Notes under the pieces: model-generated
Seen by the model: the letters and a program-made list of their open reading frames with translations, nothing else
What the model was told of the DNA's origin: nothing
The model's database searches: none
Shown: positions 27,508 through 36,745 of the stretch, piece by piece
How the letters are laid out: every line of letters begins with the position of its first letter
Position numbering within the stretch: position 1 is the first letter of the stretch
Program-made: the position numbers and the translations under genes
Assembly: GCA_002772695.1 (NCBI GenBank)
Contig: PFDI01000006.1
Span: 1,214-65,213 of the forward strand
Direction of reading: 5' to 3'
From: Candidatus Pacebacteria bacterium CG10_big_fil_rev_8_21_14_0_10_44_54
Lineage (GTDB): Bacteria; Patescibacteriota; Microgenomatia; UBA1400; PJMF01
Length of the DNA: 64,000 bases

Positions 27508-28961
27508 TGCGGCATTCTGCCTTCTAGCAATAACACTGTGTTTTTATCAAGTAACTGTATTTTTTTGCGCACATCGGCTTGCGTAGAAACTAGCTTGTCA
27601 GAAAACACTTGCTGAAACACTGTCTTGCCTGCTTCTCCAAGATACCAAACTTCGCCCACAACCACTGCAGCTTGCTGCGCTAGTTGAGAGTGAATTGCGA
27701 CAGACTCTCTGCCGAGATCAACAATGCCTGTTGTGATTAATATTTTGCGTGACTCAGATTGTTGTGCTAATAACCGCAAAGCGGCCGAGAATCCATCGGG
27801 ATTGCTGGTACCAAAATCATCTAGTATTGTCGCTCCAGACTTCGCAGTTTTGCGCTGGATCCATTTGTCACCAGGGACAAATGATTCTAGTCTAGCCACA
27901 ATTTGTTTGTCTGAAAGTTTCAAGTATTGTGCTGCTGCTATTACAGCCTTAATACTGTCTTGGTAGTGATCACCGACTATCTTAGATTGCAGCTTAGGGG
28001 ATGAATTTCGCCATGTCTCGACTATCTCAAGCGCACAGATGTTCTTGGCTGCAGCGACAATTTGCATTGCAGACTGATTGGCACAAAACACAGCAGCACC
28101 TTGTGGCAATGACGCAAGCAGTTCTGCCTTGGCTTCGGCTATAAGCTGCTTCGAACCAAATAATTCAAGATGTTGTTTGCCAAGCCCGGTGAGAATGGCC
28201 ATGTCTGGAGGAGCTACTGAAGCTAATCGAGCAATTTCACCTACTCTGTATGCGGCATACTCTAGCACAAGAATTTTTGAGCAACCCAAGTGCTTGTATA
28301 CATATCGCGCTACTCCCAAAGCAGTGTTGATCGATCCCGGAGTGGTGCAAACCTTGCCCCGCTGTTGCAGTACGTGACTCAACAGCTGTTTAGTTGTCGT
28401 CTTGCCATAACTACCAGTTATTCCAATGATGAATGGTTGTTGCTTTTTTATACGCTGGCGCACCAGAAACAAATAGTAGGTCGTCACAAGTGATACCAGT
28501 CCTCCTGTCAAGGCTGTGAATAATAACAACACTACAGGCGCAAAAATATATACACCGATTGCAAGTACAATCAGGCGAATTGTTGCAATAGCTGGTACGG
28601 CTACAACCCAATAAGCTAGTGAAAAAACAAGTAGAAAAAGCACGACAACACTACCCAAAAGCAGTATTCCCACACGCAGTGTTCTTTTCGGTCGTTTAAA
28701 TGTTTTCAAACGAAAAATTGTCAGCGATGGCAACACGTGTAGTAATATTTGGCGACCTGTTAGGGAGCGTATATGGGCTACTAATCTATCAAGTCGATAC
28801 TCTTTTTGCTGCAACAAGCCACTCCACCAGATCAAGCCAGCAAACGTATCAAGTAGACACCCAAGCAGAAAAAGAACAATAATAAAATTACCCATTGTGT
28901 GCCTCAATAATGTACCTCCCAACTTGTTTTGGATGCGTAAACGGCACGCCGTGTCGAGCAT
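27486..28961 (-). CDS. Mur-ligase-family protein, MurF-like (central and C-terminal domains), with an N-terminal polytopic membrane domain replacing the usual UDP-MurNAc-peptide-binding domain
   Basis: The first ~170 aa form 4-5 hydrophobic helices. They are followed by Mur ligase P-loop IIGITGSYGKTTTKQLL, AILTGLGKQHLELFGS and the C-terminal ATILDDFGTSNPDGFSAAL (MurF-like DDSYNANP motif). The 3' end overlaps the fusion gene by 22 nt. Confidence 0.75.
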   Translation of the reverse strand: MLDTACRLRIQNKLGGTLLRHTMGNFIIVLFLLGCLLDTFAGLIWWSGLLQQKEYRLDRLVAHIRSLTGRQILLHVLPSLTIFRLKTFKRPKRTLRVGILLLGSVVVLFLLVFSLAYWVVAVPAIATIRLIVLAIGVYIFAPVVLLLFTALTGGLVSLVTTYYLFLVRQRIKKQQPFIIGITGSYGKTTTKQLLSHVLQQRGKVCTTPGSINTALGVARYVYKHLGCSKILVLEYAAYRVGEIARLASVAPPDMAILTGLGKQHLELFGSKQLIAEAKAELLASLPQGAAVFCANQSAMQIVAAAKNICALEIVETWRNSSPKLQSKIVGDHYQDSIKAVIAAAQYLKLSDKQIVARLESFVPGDKWIQRKTAKSGATILDDFGTSNPDGFSAALRLLAQQSESRKILITTGIVDLGRESVAIHSQLAQQAAVVVGEVWYLGEAGKTVFQQVFSDKLVSTQADVRKKIQLLDKNTVLLLEGRMPQWLTEHL

Positions 28962-29634
28962 TGGGAATCAGTCGCAATCTTGCGGTTGGAATGCCTTGTT
29001 GTAAACGAGCGACAAACTCTAGAGGTGTAGTCTCGTCATTTGCTCCCCAAATAATAGTTGTGTCAGCAGTAATACTGGGCAAAAGCACGTCTACCTCATG
29101 CTCTAACACGCGCCGCATTGACTCTCTCATAATTGGATTGGCCTTGAGATAGTCTTGCTCTCCTGCCAATCGATAAATAACTCGACGAAGCAGATTGGAA
29201 GTAGTGAGTTTTTTGCCAAATTTTGCCAGGTAGTAAAAAAAATTTCGCTTAAGCCAAGATGTCAGGCTCTGTGAGCGCATACCAGCACTCGCAATAAGTA
29301 CTAACTTTTCTACCTGACTTGGGAAACGGGCGGCGTATGTAACTGCCAAATGCCCTCCAAACGAGTGACCAACCAACGTTATTTTTTTCTTTCCAACAAA
29401 TTGTCTTGCCAGCCATGCAACATATTCATCTACTCCCCAGGATTCAGTGAGCGGAAACTCAAATCCGGGCAGTCTGAGAACACTCCCTTTGATACCTACA
29501 TTTTGTAGCTGTTGTTTGATTGGCTGCCACTTTGCGCTTGGACTCGAATCTCTTGACCAACCGTGAAGAATGATGACCTCCGATGTTGTGTTCTCCATAA
29601 GCTCATTATACGCACCTCTGGCGAAAAAACGCAC
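28888..29634 (-). CDS. alpha/beta-fold hydrolase
   Basis: HGWSRDSS (HG oxyanion), nucleophile elbow LVGHSFGG, and a C-terminal His (NARHGVPFTHP). Its 3' end overlaps the MurF-like gene. Confidence 0.75.
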   Translation of the reverse strand: MRFFARGAYNELMENTTSEVIILHGWSRDSSPSAKWQPIKQQLQNVGIKGSVLRLPGFEFPLTESWGVDEYVAWLARQFVGKKKITLVGHSFGGHLAVTYAARFPSQVEKLVLIASAGMRSQSLTSWLKRNFFYYLAKFGKKLTTSNLLRRVIYRLAGEQDYLKANPIMRESMRRVLEHEVDVLLPSITADTTIIWGANDETTPLEFVARLQQGIPTARLRLIPNARHGVPFTHPKQVGRYIIEAHNG

Positions 29635-29669
29635 CTTGTCTCAATGTCTAGATTTCGTATACTAGCCAA

Positions 29670-30344
29670 ATGCGTACACTTACTTTGCTCACCCTCGCAA
29701 GCTTCGCTCTCATCATTTCTGCCTGCACACCGCCAACCACCACTTCACCTCTCAAACTCAACTCAGCCGCAAGCCAAACAGCTACAAATACTACTAGTAC
29801 TAATCAAGGTCAGCCACCACTTGCAGATCAAAAGGACACTATGTCGCCAAATGGAAAATCAGAAAAAACCCTGGCAGATTTCGGTGAAATCGCCGGTAAA
29901 ACAGTTACGCTCACGACTACCAAAGGGCCCGTGGTAATCGAGCTCTATCGAGAAGAAGCGCCGCTCACTACAGCAAATTTTCTCTCGCTCGTCAATACTG
30001 GCTTCTATGATGGCATCGTTTTCCACCGAGTGATTGCAGATTTTATGGCACAAGTGGGCGATCCGTTGACCAAAGATCCAAACCAACAAGCAATGTGGGG
30101 TACTGGGGGACCTGGTTACATCATCGCTGACGAATTTGCACCAGGACTCTCGCACAATAGTCCCGGTGTTGTTTCTATGGCAAACTCTGGACCAAACACT
30201 GGTGGTAGTCAGTTTTTCATTACCTACGGACCAACGGAGTGGCTCGATGGCAAACACGCCATTTTTGGTAAAGTCACTCAAGGAATGGACGTCGTTGAAC
30301 AAATTACCGTTGGTGATTTGATTGTGTCGATTCAGGTGGAGTAA
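29670..30344 (+). CDS. cyclophilin-type peptidyl-prolyl cis-trans isomerase, predicted lipoprotein
   Basis: Signal peptide with lipobox LIISAC. Cyclophilin core FHRVIADFMAQVGDP...SMANSGPNTGGSQFFI. Confidence 0.85.
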   Translation: MRTLTLLTLASFALIISACTPPTTTSPLKLNSAASQTATNTTSTNQGQPPLADQKDTMSPNGKSEKTLADFGEIAGKTVTLTTTKGPVVIELYREEAPLTTANFLSLVNTGFYDGIVFHRVIADFMAQVGDPLTKDPNQQAMWGTGGPGYIIADEFAPGLSHNSPGVVSMANSGPNTGGSQFFITYGPTEWLDGKHAIFGKVTQGMDVVEQITVGDLIVSIQVE

Positions 30345-31938
30345 GGCATTGCAAGCAAGTACAAAAAATAAAATCCTTCGATTTTTTTTGTACAGTATTT
30401 GTTTGCTCTCCCTGTTTCTTTCGTTCGGCATCCTAGCTACAGCCAACGCCTATCATTTGTTGATAACAGGCAATTACAAACAATCACATAAAAGTGCGGC
30501 GTTTGCACTGCCAGTTGCAAGACTGACAAACAAGACTTGGGTGAGTGGATTGCAAACACTCATTGCCACAGGCAATACGCTGCTTGAACTCGAAAGGCTA
30601 CAGCAGGATGTTAATACTGGCGTTCCTCCAAATATCTCCGGACTCGTTCAAAATTTGCGTCAGGCAGAAATCAACTTAGAACATGCTTCGCAAAATATCA
30701 AAAACTCCAGCCTGCTCTCCCTCATTTTTTCTGACAAACGTGAGCGGATCGAAGAAATTACCAACACACTCAAACACATGCTGCCACTAGCAGAATACTT
30801 CATACAAGATGAAAAAAATCTACTGGTACTACTACAAAACTCGGATGAACTGCGCGCGACGGGCGGCTTCATGGGCTCATATGCAGTACTCCGTTTTGAC
30901 TCAGGTGTACTGCAAGAAATTGTGGTGGAAGATATCTATGACGCTGATGGACAGGTACTAGAATACTTCGAGCCACCCAAAGGAGTTGGTGAGTTCTTGA
31001 GCGGCGGCAATGGCTGGCGACTACCTGATGCCAACTGGCACCCTGACTTCGCCCAGAGCTCACGAGACACGCTGCGGTTTTTTGCCTTGGCAGGTCACGG
31101 CAGTATTGATGGAGTCATTGCGATCAATTTGCCGGTCGTGCAGTCACTTCTTGCTATCACTGGTCCTATCCTGCTACCCGATCAAGATCTTGTTTTAAGT
31201 GCTGAAAATATTAGCCAAGCACTAAGAACTGACAGAGAGTCATTTTTTGCTGGTAGCACTGCCAAAAAAAATACTATGATTCAAGCAATTACCCAACTAA
31301 AACTTTCTATTGCTGCCCTAGAAGGTCGCGGAAAAATGCAAGTACTTGAGCAACTCAGACAACAAACCAAAAAAGGAAATGTTCTGGTATATTTTCCAAA
31401 CCCAGAGCTCGAAAAGCATGTCGCGCAACTAGGTATTTCGGGTAGTCTTGGACCGAGTAATATAGATGCACACAGTCTCTATTATTATCCAGTAGAATCA
31501 AATGTTGGCATCAATAAAGTCAATGCCTTTGTCATGCGTGAGTACGTTATGACAACCGCAGATACCATCACTGAACTTGGCATCACTCTACACAATACCA
31601 GTAGCCAAGATGGCTACGTCAATTATCAGCGGCTTCTGTTTGCCCCAGGACAACGTGTAGAAGAAATAGTCGTGAACGGTGAACAAATTTTACAATTTGA
31701 TCGTGAGCAAGTCGCGAGTAGTACTGGCCAGCACTACGACCAAATTGGATTTCTCGTCACGACCCTGCCGAACAACACGACGCGCGTTGCTATTTCTCTT
31801 TCGCATGATTCCGGATTCACTCGTGTAATATTTCAAAAACAACCTGGTACGAATGATACAACCCTCACTAGCATCACTCCGGATACTGCTACAACTCACC
31901 AGTTGAACCAATCCTTTCTCGAGTACGTGATAGAATGA
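30322..31938 (+). CDS. large membrane-anchored extracytoplasmic protein, DUF4012-like
   Basis: One N-terminal TM helix followed by about 490 aa of extracytoplasmic domain. The motif [22 protein letters not shown] recalls, from memory, the TGGFxGSY signature of DUF4012 proteins found near cell-wall genes. Confidence 0.5.
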   Translation: MCRFRWSKALQASTKNKILRFFLYSICLLSLFLSFGILATANAYHLLITGNYKQSHKSAAFALPVARLTNKTWVSGLQTLIATGNTLLELERLQQDVNTGVPPNISGLVQNLRQAEINLEHASQNIKNSSLLSLIFSDKRERIEEITNTLKHMLPLAEYFIQDEKNLLVLLQNSDELRATGGFMGSYAVLRFDSGVLQEIVVEDIYDADGQVLEYFEPPKGVGEFLSGGNGWRLPDANWHPDFAQSSRDTLRFFALAGHGSIDGVIAINLPVVQSLLAITGPILLPDQDLVLSAENISQALRTDRESFFAGSTAKKNTMIQAITQLKLSIAALEGRGKMQVLEQLRQQTKKGNVLVYFPNPELEKHVAQLGISGSLGPSNIDAHSLYYYPVESNVGINKVNAFVMREYVMTTADTITELGITLHNTSSQDGYVNYQRLLFAPGQRVEEIVVNGEQILQFDREQVASSTGQHYDQIGFLVTTLPNNTTRVAISLSHDSGFTRVIFQKQPGTNDTTLTSITPDTATTHQLNQSFLEYVIE

Positions 31939-33041
31939 CCGCTATGCCAGACCCAATAGAAACTACTATAGAAAAGGCTCGATCACTACTGGCCGAGCTT
32001 GACTTGCCTTACATTGCGGCAGCACACAAAGCGGTAGAAAACAAATCGCTCGCACCAGATTTTTGGCAACAGGAAAATGCCCAAGAAATCATGAACGAAC
32101 TCTCGCTTCTGCAAGAACAACTCAATGTAGCCACTGCTCTCGGGAACGCCATAGAAGATATGGACCTACTTCAAACTTTGTTAGCTTCAACAACCGAAGG
32201 AAGTGGTGATTTTCTTGAAGTTGAACAGCAACAAAAAGAAAGTCATAAAAAACTAGAAAAGCTCGTCCACAAAGTCAGACTCCAGAAGTATCTCAGTGGT
32301 CCGTATGATAGCTTTGGCGCACTGCTCTCGGTGCATTCTGGACAAGGGGGGACTGAAGCCATGGATTGGGCAGATATGTTACGTCGCATGTATGTCCGCT
32401 ACTTTGAGCGTAAAAACTGGAAATACAACTTGGTCAGCGAGTCACGCGGTGAAGAAGCTGGCATCAAAAGCGTCGAGTATGAAGTACACGGCCCTTACAT
32501 CTATGGCTACCTCAAACGAGAACGTGGCACACATCGACTCGTTCGTCAAAGTCCATTTAATGCGGATAGTTTGCGCCAAACTTCATTTGCGCTCGTATCA
32601 GTACTTCCCATCATTCCTGCTAGTGAAAAATCAATTGTCATCGATGAAAAAGATCTTGAGTGGCAATTCTCGCGTGCTGGTGGCGCAGGTGGGCAAAATG
32701 TAAATAAAGTAAATACTGCGGTAGAACTAACACATAAGCCAAGCGGTATTTCCATACGCTGCAGAGAAGAGCGCACGCAGGTGCAAAACAAAGATCGTGC
32801 TCTGCAGAAACTACGTGCTGAGTTGGCCTTTCGCCAAGAAACTACAAGAGACGAAACGCTGGCCAAAGAAAAAGGTGCTCACACGCACGCCAGTTGGGGT
32901 AACCAAATTCGCAATTATGTCTTGCACCCCTACAAACAAATAAAAGACGTGCGGACAGAAGTTGTAAGAACAGACACCCAGGTTGTCTTGGATGGCGACT
33001 TAGATGAGTTTGTAGAGGCACAGTTGTGTCTGTTATACTAA
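31935..33041 (+). CDS. prfB: peptide chain release factor 2, encoded in a single frame
   Basis: SPF tripeptide (RF2 stop-codon recognition) and GGQ motif ([12 protein letters not shown]). The canonical frameshift site is replaced by in-frame CTT GAC (ELDLPY). Confidence 0.9.
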   Translation: MTAMPDPIETTIEKARSLLAELDLPYIAAAHKAVENKSLAPDFWQQENAQEIMNELSLLQEQLNVATALGNAIEDMDLLQTLLASTTEGSGDFLEVEQQQKESHKKLEKLVHKVRLQKYLSGPYDSFGALLSVHSGQGGTEAMDWADMLRRMYVRYFERKNWKYNLVSESRGEEAGIKSVEYEVHGPYIYGYLKRERGTHRLVRQSPFNADSLRQTSFALVSVLPIIPASEKSIVIDEKDLEWQFSRAGGAGGQNVNKVNTAVELTHKPSGISIRCREERTQVQNKDRALQKLRAELAFRQETTRDETLAKEKGAHTHASWGNQIRNYVLHPYKQIKDVRTEVVRTDTQVVLDGDLDEFVEAQLCLLY

Positions 33042-33059
33042 ATTTCTACTACCAAAATT

Positions 33060-33644
33060 ATGCATAAACTTGATCTTTCTGCACCACAAATCCCAAGTGA
33101 AGAGCCACAAACTGCTCCAGAACCAATGAAAACTGCGGTTGACGCACTGCCAGTCGAGAGCAATAATCAGACTCTCAAACGAGAGCTCCCTATGAAAAAA
33201 AGAAACATGATCCTTGGGTTTTATATTGCTGCTATTTTGGCTGGAATTGCCACTGGCTACGGCAGCTTTCAGCTCTATGCTGGCTCTAGCGACAGTAGTA
33301 CAACCAAATCAAACGACACGATGGTTGTCTCAAAAGTGGCTGGTGACAACGTCAAGAATGGTGACGTGTTTGGGAGTACTGATGCGAACGCATTTGAAGA
33401 CAGCGCAACTGGATTTTTGGAAGCAGGTGGCATCAACGGTGAAGGCTCTCATAAACTACTTCGTCCAGGCGGAGTGTCTCAAACCGTATACTTGACTTCA
33501 TCTGTAACTGATCTAGACAAACTGGTTGGAATGGAAGTGACCGTCTGGGGCGAGACCTTCAAAGCACAAAAGGCAGGTTGGCTTATGGACGTTGGGAGAG
33601 TTGAGGTGGTCGAGGTTGACGGCACTGCCCCCACAGAAAAATAA
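33060..33644 (+). CDS. hypothetical membrane-anchored protein
   Basis: 194 aa. One TM helix (MILGFYIAAILAGIATGY) followed by a Gly/Ser/Thr-rich extracytoplasmic domain. Confidence 0.45.
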   Translation: MHKLDLSAPQIPSEEPQTAPEPMKTAVDALPVESNNQTLKRELPMKKRNMILGFYIAAILAGIATGYGSFQLYAGSSDSSTTKSNDTMVVSKVAGDNVKNGDVFGSTDANAFEDSATGFLEAGGINGEGSHKLLRPGGVSQTVYLTSSVTDLDKLVGMEVTVWGETFKAQKAGWLMDVGRVEVVEVDGTAPTEK

Positions 33645-33698
33645 TTGCCTTGTACACAAGCACCTGGTTGCCAAGTTCCGTCGTGTTGACTACACTAG

Positions 33699-34640
33699 GT
33701 GTTGCCTATGATTCGCTTTCAAGACGTCTCCAAAGAATTTTCTGCTAATAATTTTGCAATCAAAGAAGTTTCGTTTTCAGTTGAGCCAGGTGAATTTGTA
33801 TATATTACTGGTGCATCTGGTAGCGGCAAGACCACGCTCATGCGCCTCATCATTCGTGAATATACTCCTACCTCAGGCCAAATTTCGCTCTTTGGCGATG
33901 CATTGACGTCAATTTCTTCAAAAAAAATTACTGATCTGCGGCGCAAAATTGGTGTTGTTTTTCAAGACTACAAATTGTTACCTGAACTCAATGTCTGGGA
34001 AAATATTGCACTGCCACTAGAGATAGTAAATCAACCACAAGCAGAAATTGAAAATCGCGTAACCGACTTACTTAAGTTGATTGACCTACTCGATAAACCA
34101 TACCTTTTTCCAAGCCAGCTATCGGGTGGCGAAGCACAGCGAGTTGGCATTGCTCGGGCACTAGCGCTTGGACCTGACCTCATTTTTGCTGACGAACCAA
34201 CAGGAAATCTCGATGTCAATAATGCTCGATCCATAGTAGAGCTACTGCAAAAGATCAACAAGTTGGGCACGACTATTCTTTTTGCCACACATAACCTCGA
34301 TCTTACCAAGAATGATTCTGCCCGCATTCTGAAACTAGCCAATGGCAATTTGGTTAACGATTCAAAACCACCGGTCAAAAAAGAAGCTCCCAAACCAAAT
34401 GAGCTTGTAAAGGCTTCAGAGCCCCCAAAAAAGAAAGAGGTCGAAAAGCAAAAACTAGAAAAAAAACCAAGTCTGCTCTCTCGTTTTTTTTCCAAGGAGA
34501 AAAAGAAAAAAGAAGTGGAACATCCCAAAGAAAAAATTGAAACTCCCAAGATAACTTCAAAAGAAAAAAAGATTGGAACAAATCAAAAGAAAAAAACAAA
34601 AAAAGAACGAGTGATAGTATCAGAGGAAAATCTGGAGTAA
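33699..34640 (+). CDS. ftsE: cell-division ABC ATPase FtsE with a ~90-aa Lys/Glu-rich C-terminal extension
   Basis: MIRFQDVSKEF...GASGSGKTTL (Walker A), LSGGEAQRV signature, Walker B IFADEPTGNLD. The tail is KKEAPKPNELVKASEPPKKKEVEKQKLEKK... Confidence 0.9.
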   Translation: MLPMIRFQDVSKEFSANNFAIKEVSFSVEPGEFVYITGASGSGKTTLMRLIIREYTPTSGQISLFGDALTSISSKKITDLRRKIGVVFQDYKLLPELNVWENIALPLEIVNQPQAEIENRVTDLLKLIDLLDKPYLFPSQLSGGEAQRVGIARALALGPDLIFADEPTGNLDVNNARSIVELLQKINKLGTTILFATHNLDLTKNDSARILKLANGNLVNDSKPPVKKEAPKPNELVKASEPPKKKEVEKQKLEKKPSLLSRFFSKEKKKKEVEHPKEKIETPKITSKEKKIGTNQKKKTKKERVIVSEENLE

Positions 34641-34642
34641 GC

Positions 34643-35515
34643 ATGCAACCATTTACTTATGCTCTCACCACCATGCGCCGAACTCCCTATCAGTCACTCG
34701 CCGCGCTCTTGATGGTGTCAGTAACATTTTTTGTGGCATATCGTCTCTCATTTATCCTCTCAGGTGCTCACCTGGTGCTATCTCATTTTGAGACATCACC
34801 ACAAGTAATTGCCTTTTTCAAACTTGATACTGACAAACCAGCAATGGAATCCCTCGCAGCGTCTCTATCCAAGACTACTTCGGTCAGTGAGGTGCGACTT
34901 ATAACCCAAGATCAGGCACTCAAAGACTATGCCAAAGAGTACGATGACTCGCCACTATTACTTGAACTCGTAACTGCAGATATTTTGCCTGCTAGTATCG
35001 AGGTTTCAGCAACTAGTGTCGATACGTTGACAACTGTAGCCGAAAATCTTAGAAAAGAACAAATTATTGATGATGTCGTGTTTCAACAGGATATTGTCGA
35101 ACAGCTCAGCAGCTGGACTCAAGCATTACGAATAGCCGGCTTGGTTGACGTTGGCATTTTAAGCATCGCTTCATTTCTTACTATTAGCATCATTATCACA
35201 CTCAAGGCTGCAAATAAAAAATACTCAGTCACAATCATGCGACTGATTGGTGCCTCAAACTGGTACATCAACAAACCATTTATTGTCGAAGGCATACTCT
35301 ACGGTGTACTGGGAGCACTGCTCGGGTGGATAGCCATCACTGCTATTCTCCTGTATCTTACCCCCACACTTTCCTCTTTTTTCTCTGGTATTTTAGAGTT
35401 TCCTGTTCCACTCGAGTTCTTACTGATGCAACTGGGTGTTGGACTTTTGGTTGGAGCAATACTTGGTGGTCTCGCAAGCTTCTTGGCTACCAATCGCTTT
35501 GCCCAACGTGCCTAG
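34643..35515 (+). CDS. ftsX: cell-division permease-like protein FtsX
   Basis: It lies immediately downstream of ftsE. One N-terminal TM, a periplasmic domain, and three C-terminal TM helices (FtsX topology). Confidence 0.85.
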   Translation: MQPFTYALTTMRRTPYQSLAALLMVSVTFFVAYRLSFILSGAHLVLSHFETSPQVIAFFKLDTDKPAMESLAASLSKTTSVSEVRLITQDQALKDYAKEYDDSPLLLELVTADILPASIEVSATSVDTLTTVAENLRKEQIIDDVVFQQDIVEQLSSWTQALRIAGLVDVGILSIASFLTISIIITLKAANKKYSVTIMRLIGASNWYINKPFIVEGILYGVLGALLGWIAITAILLYLTPTLSSFFSGILEFPVPLEFLLMQLGVGLLVGAILGGLASFLATNRFAQRA

Positions 35516-35525
35516 TCACTCTGTT

Positions 35526-36701
35526 ATGAAATTGCTTATTACATTCTTGTTTCTTTGGTTTGGTTTTGCTCCGCATCCAGTGCATGCGCTTGAGTGTGAA
35601 ATTGTCTGTAACGATACTACTGATGTAGATTGTCTCAAAGACAAGCAAGCTTGTCTCGAATCAAAACTTGATGAAACGAAAGAACAACGAATTACACTTA
35701 CTAATACTGTTAGTATCATTAACGGAAAAATCCAAATCCAGGAAGTCTTGATTCAACAAACAGAAGCAGAGATTGCCTTACTTGAAAAACAAATTGTCGA
35801 TTTGAGCCAAAGAATTGGTGGCCTCAATCTCTCGCTTGATCGACTTACCACGCTCTTGGTAGAGCGTATCCAGACAGAATACAAGCAATCTCGTGTCAAT
35901 AAAAATCTTTTTGTCCTAAATAAAAAATCTGCTACTTCGTTTTTTTCTCAACTGAGATACCTCAAGGAGGCTCGGCTACAAACCGCGCTCGCCATGCAAC
36001 GAGCAGAAGCCCAGCGCCTTGCATTTGATCAGCAGAAAATAACCAAGGAAGAAAAACAGCAGGAGGTTGAAAAAGTTCAGTCTCGACTCGAGCGAGAACA
36101 ATCTGTTTTGGCAAAGCAACGAAGCGAGCAACAATACCTACTCAGCGAAACAAAAAGTAATGAAGCTGCCTATCAAGCAGCTCTTGCCAAAACACTCGCT
36201 GAACTCTCAGCCATTCAATCAATTATTGCGGGCAAAGGCGTAGAATCACAAGTAGGTCCAGTAAATACGGGAGACACAATTGCCAGCATCATACTCGGTT
36301 CGAGTGTTTGTTCTACTGGCTCACATCTGCATTTTGAGGTGGCCAAAAACGGAGTGACACAGGATCCCGCAGCATATCTAAAATCAATTTCTCCTATCTG
36401 GAATAATCAGCCAGATAGCCCATTTGGTTTTGGTGGTAGTTGGGATTGGCCCATGTTTGATGCTGCAAGAATCAATCAAGGTTTCGGCATGACCTACTAT
36501 GCTCGAGTACATCGCGCCTATGGCGGCGAACCACATACCGGTATTGATATGTCGAGCATATCAAACGACGCTCGAGTTCGCGCTGTACAACCCGGCACCC
36601 TCTATCGCGGGAGCATTGCTTGCGGTGGTGGCAACTTGCGCTACGTGCGTGTTGAGCAAAGCGATAATATCAGCACCTATTACCTGCACGTAAATTACTA
36701 A
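35526..36701 (+). CDS. coiled-coil M23 (LytM-domain) peptidase, EnvC/PcsB-like FtsEX partner
   Basis: Start set at MKLLITFLFLWFG (signal peptide). The long coiled coil is followed by an M23 domain with HxxxD (HTGIDM) and a terminal H-x-H (YYLHVNY). Confidence 0.8.
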   Translation: MKLLITFLFLWFGFAPHPVHALECEIVCNDTTDVDCLKDKQACLESKLDETKEQRITLTNTVSIINGKIQIQEVLIQQTEAEIALLEKQIVDLSQRIGGLNLSLDRLTTLLVERIQTEYKQSRVNKNLFVLNKKSATSFFSQLRYLKEARLQTALAMQRAEAQRLAFDQQKITKEEKQQEVEKVQSRLEREQSVLAKQRSEQQYLLSETKSNEAAYQAALAKTLAELSAIQSIIAGKGVESQVGPVNTGDTIASIILGSSVCSTGSHLHFEVAKNGVTQDPAAYLKSISPIWNNQPDSPFGFGGSWDWPMFDAARINQGFGMTYYARVHRAYGGEPHTGIDMSSISNDARVRAVQPGTLYRGSIACGGGNLRYVRVEQSDNISTYYLHVNY

Positions 36702-36745
36702 CATGCTATAACACTTGATGTCATCTATTTTCGTATGCTGAATGG

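Noticed and set aside
31995-32030. A possible programmed +1 frameshift site in prfB
   Set aside because: The codons read in-frame CTT GAC (Leu-Asp) with no UGA, and the full RF2 is encoded in one frame.
34031-34549. 172-aa minus-strand ORF rich in Ser/Phe inside ftsE
   Set aside because: It is fully antisense to ftsE, whose ABC motifs are unambiguous. Its low-complexity composition is typical of a shadow frame opposite a Lys/Glu-rich coding tail.
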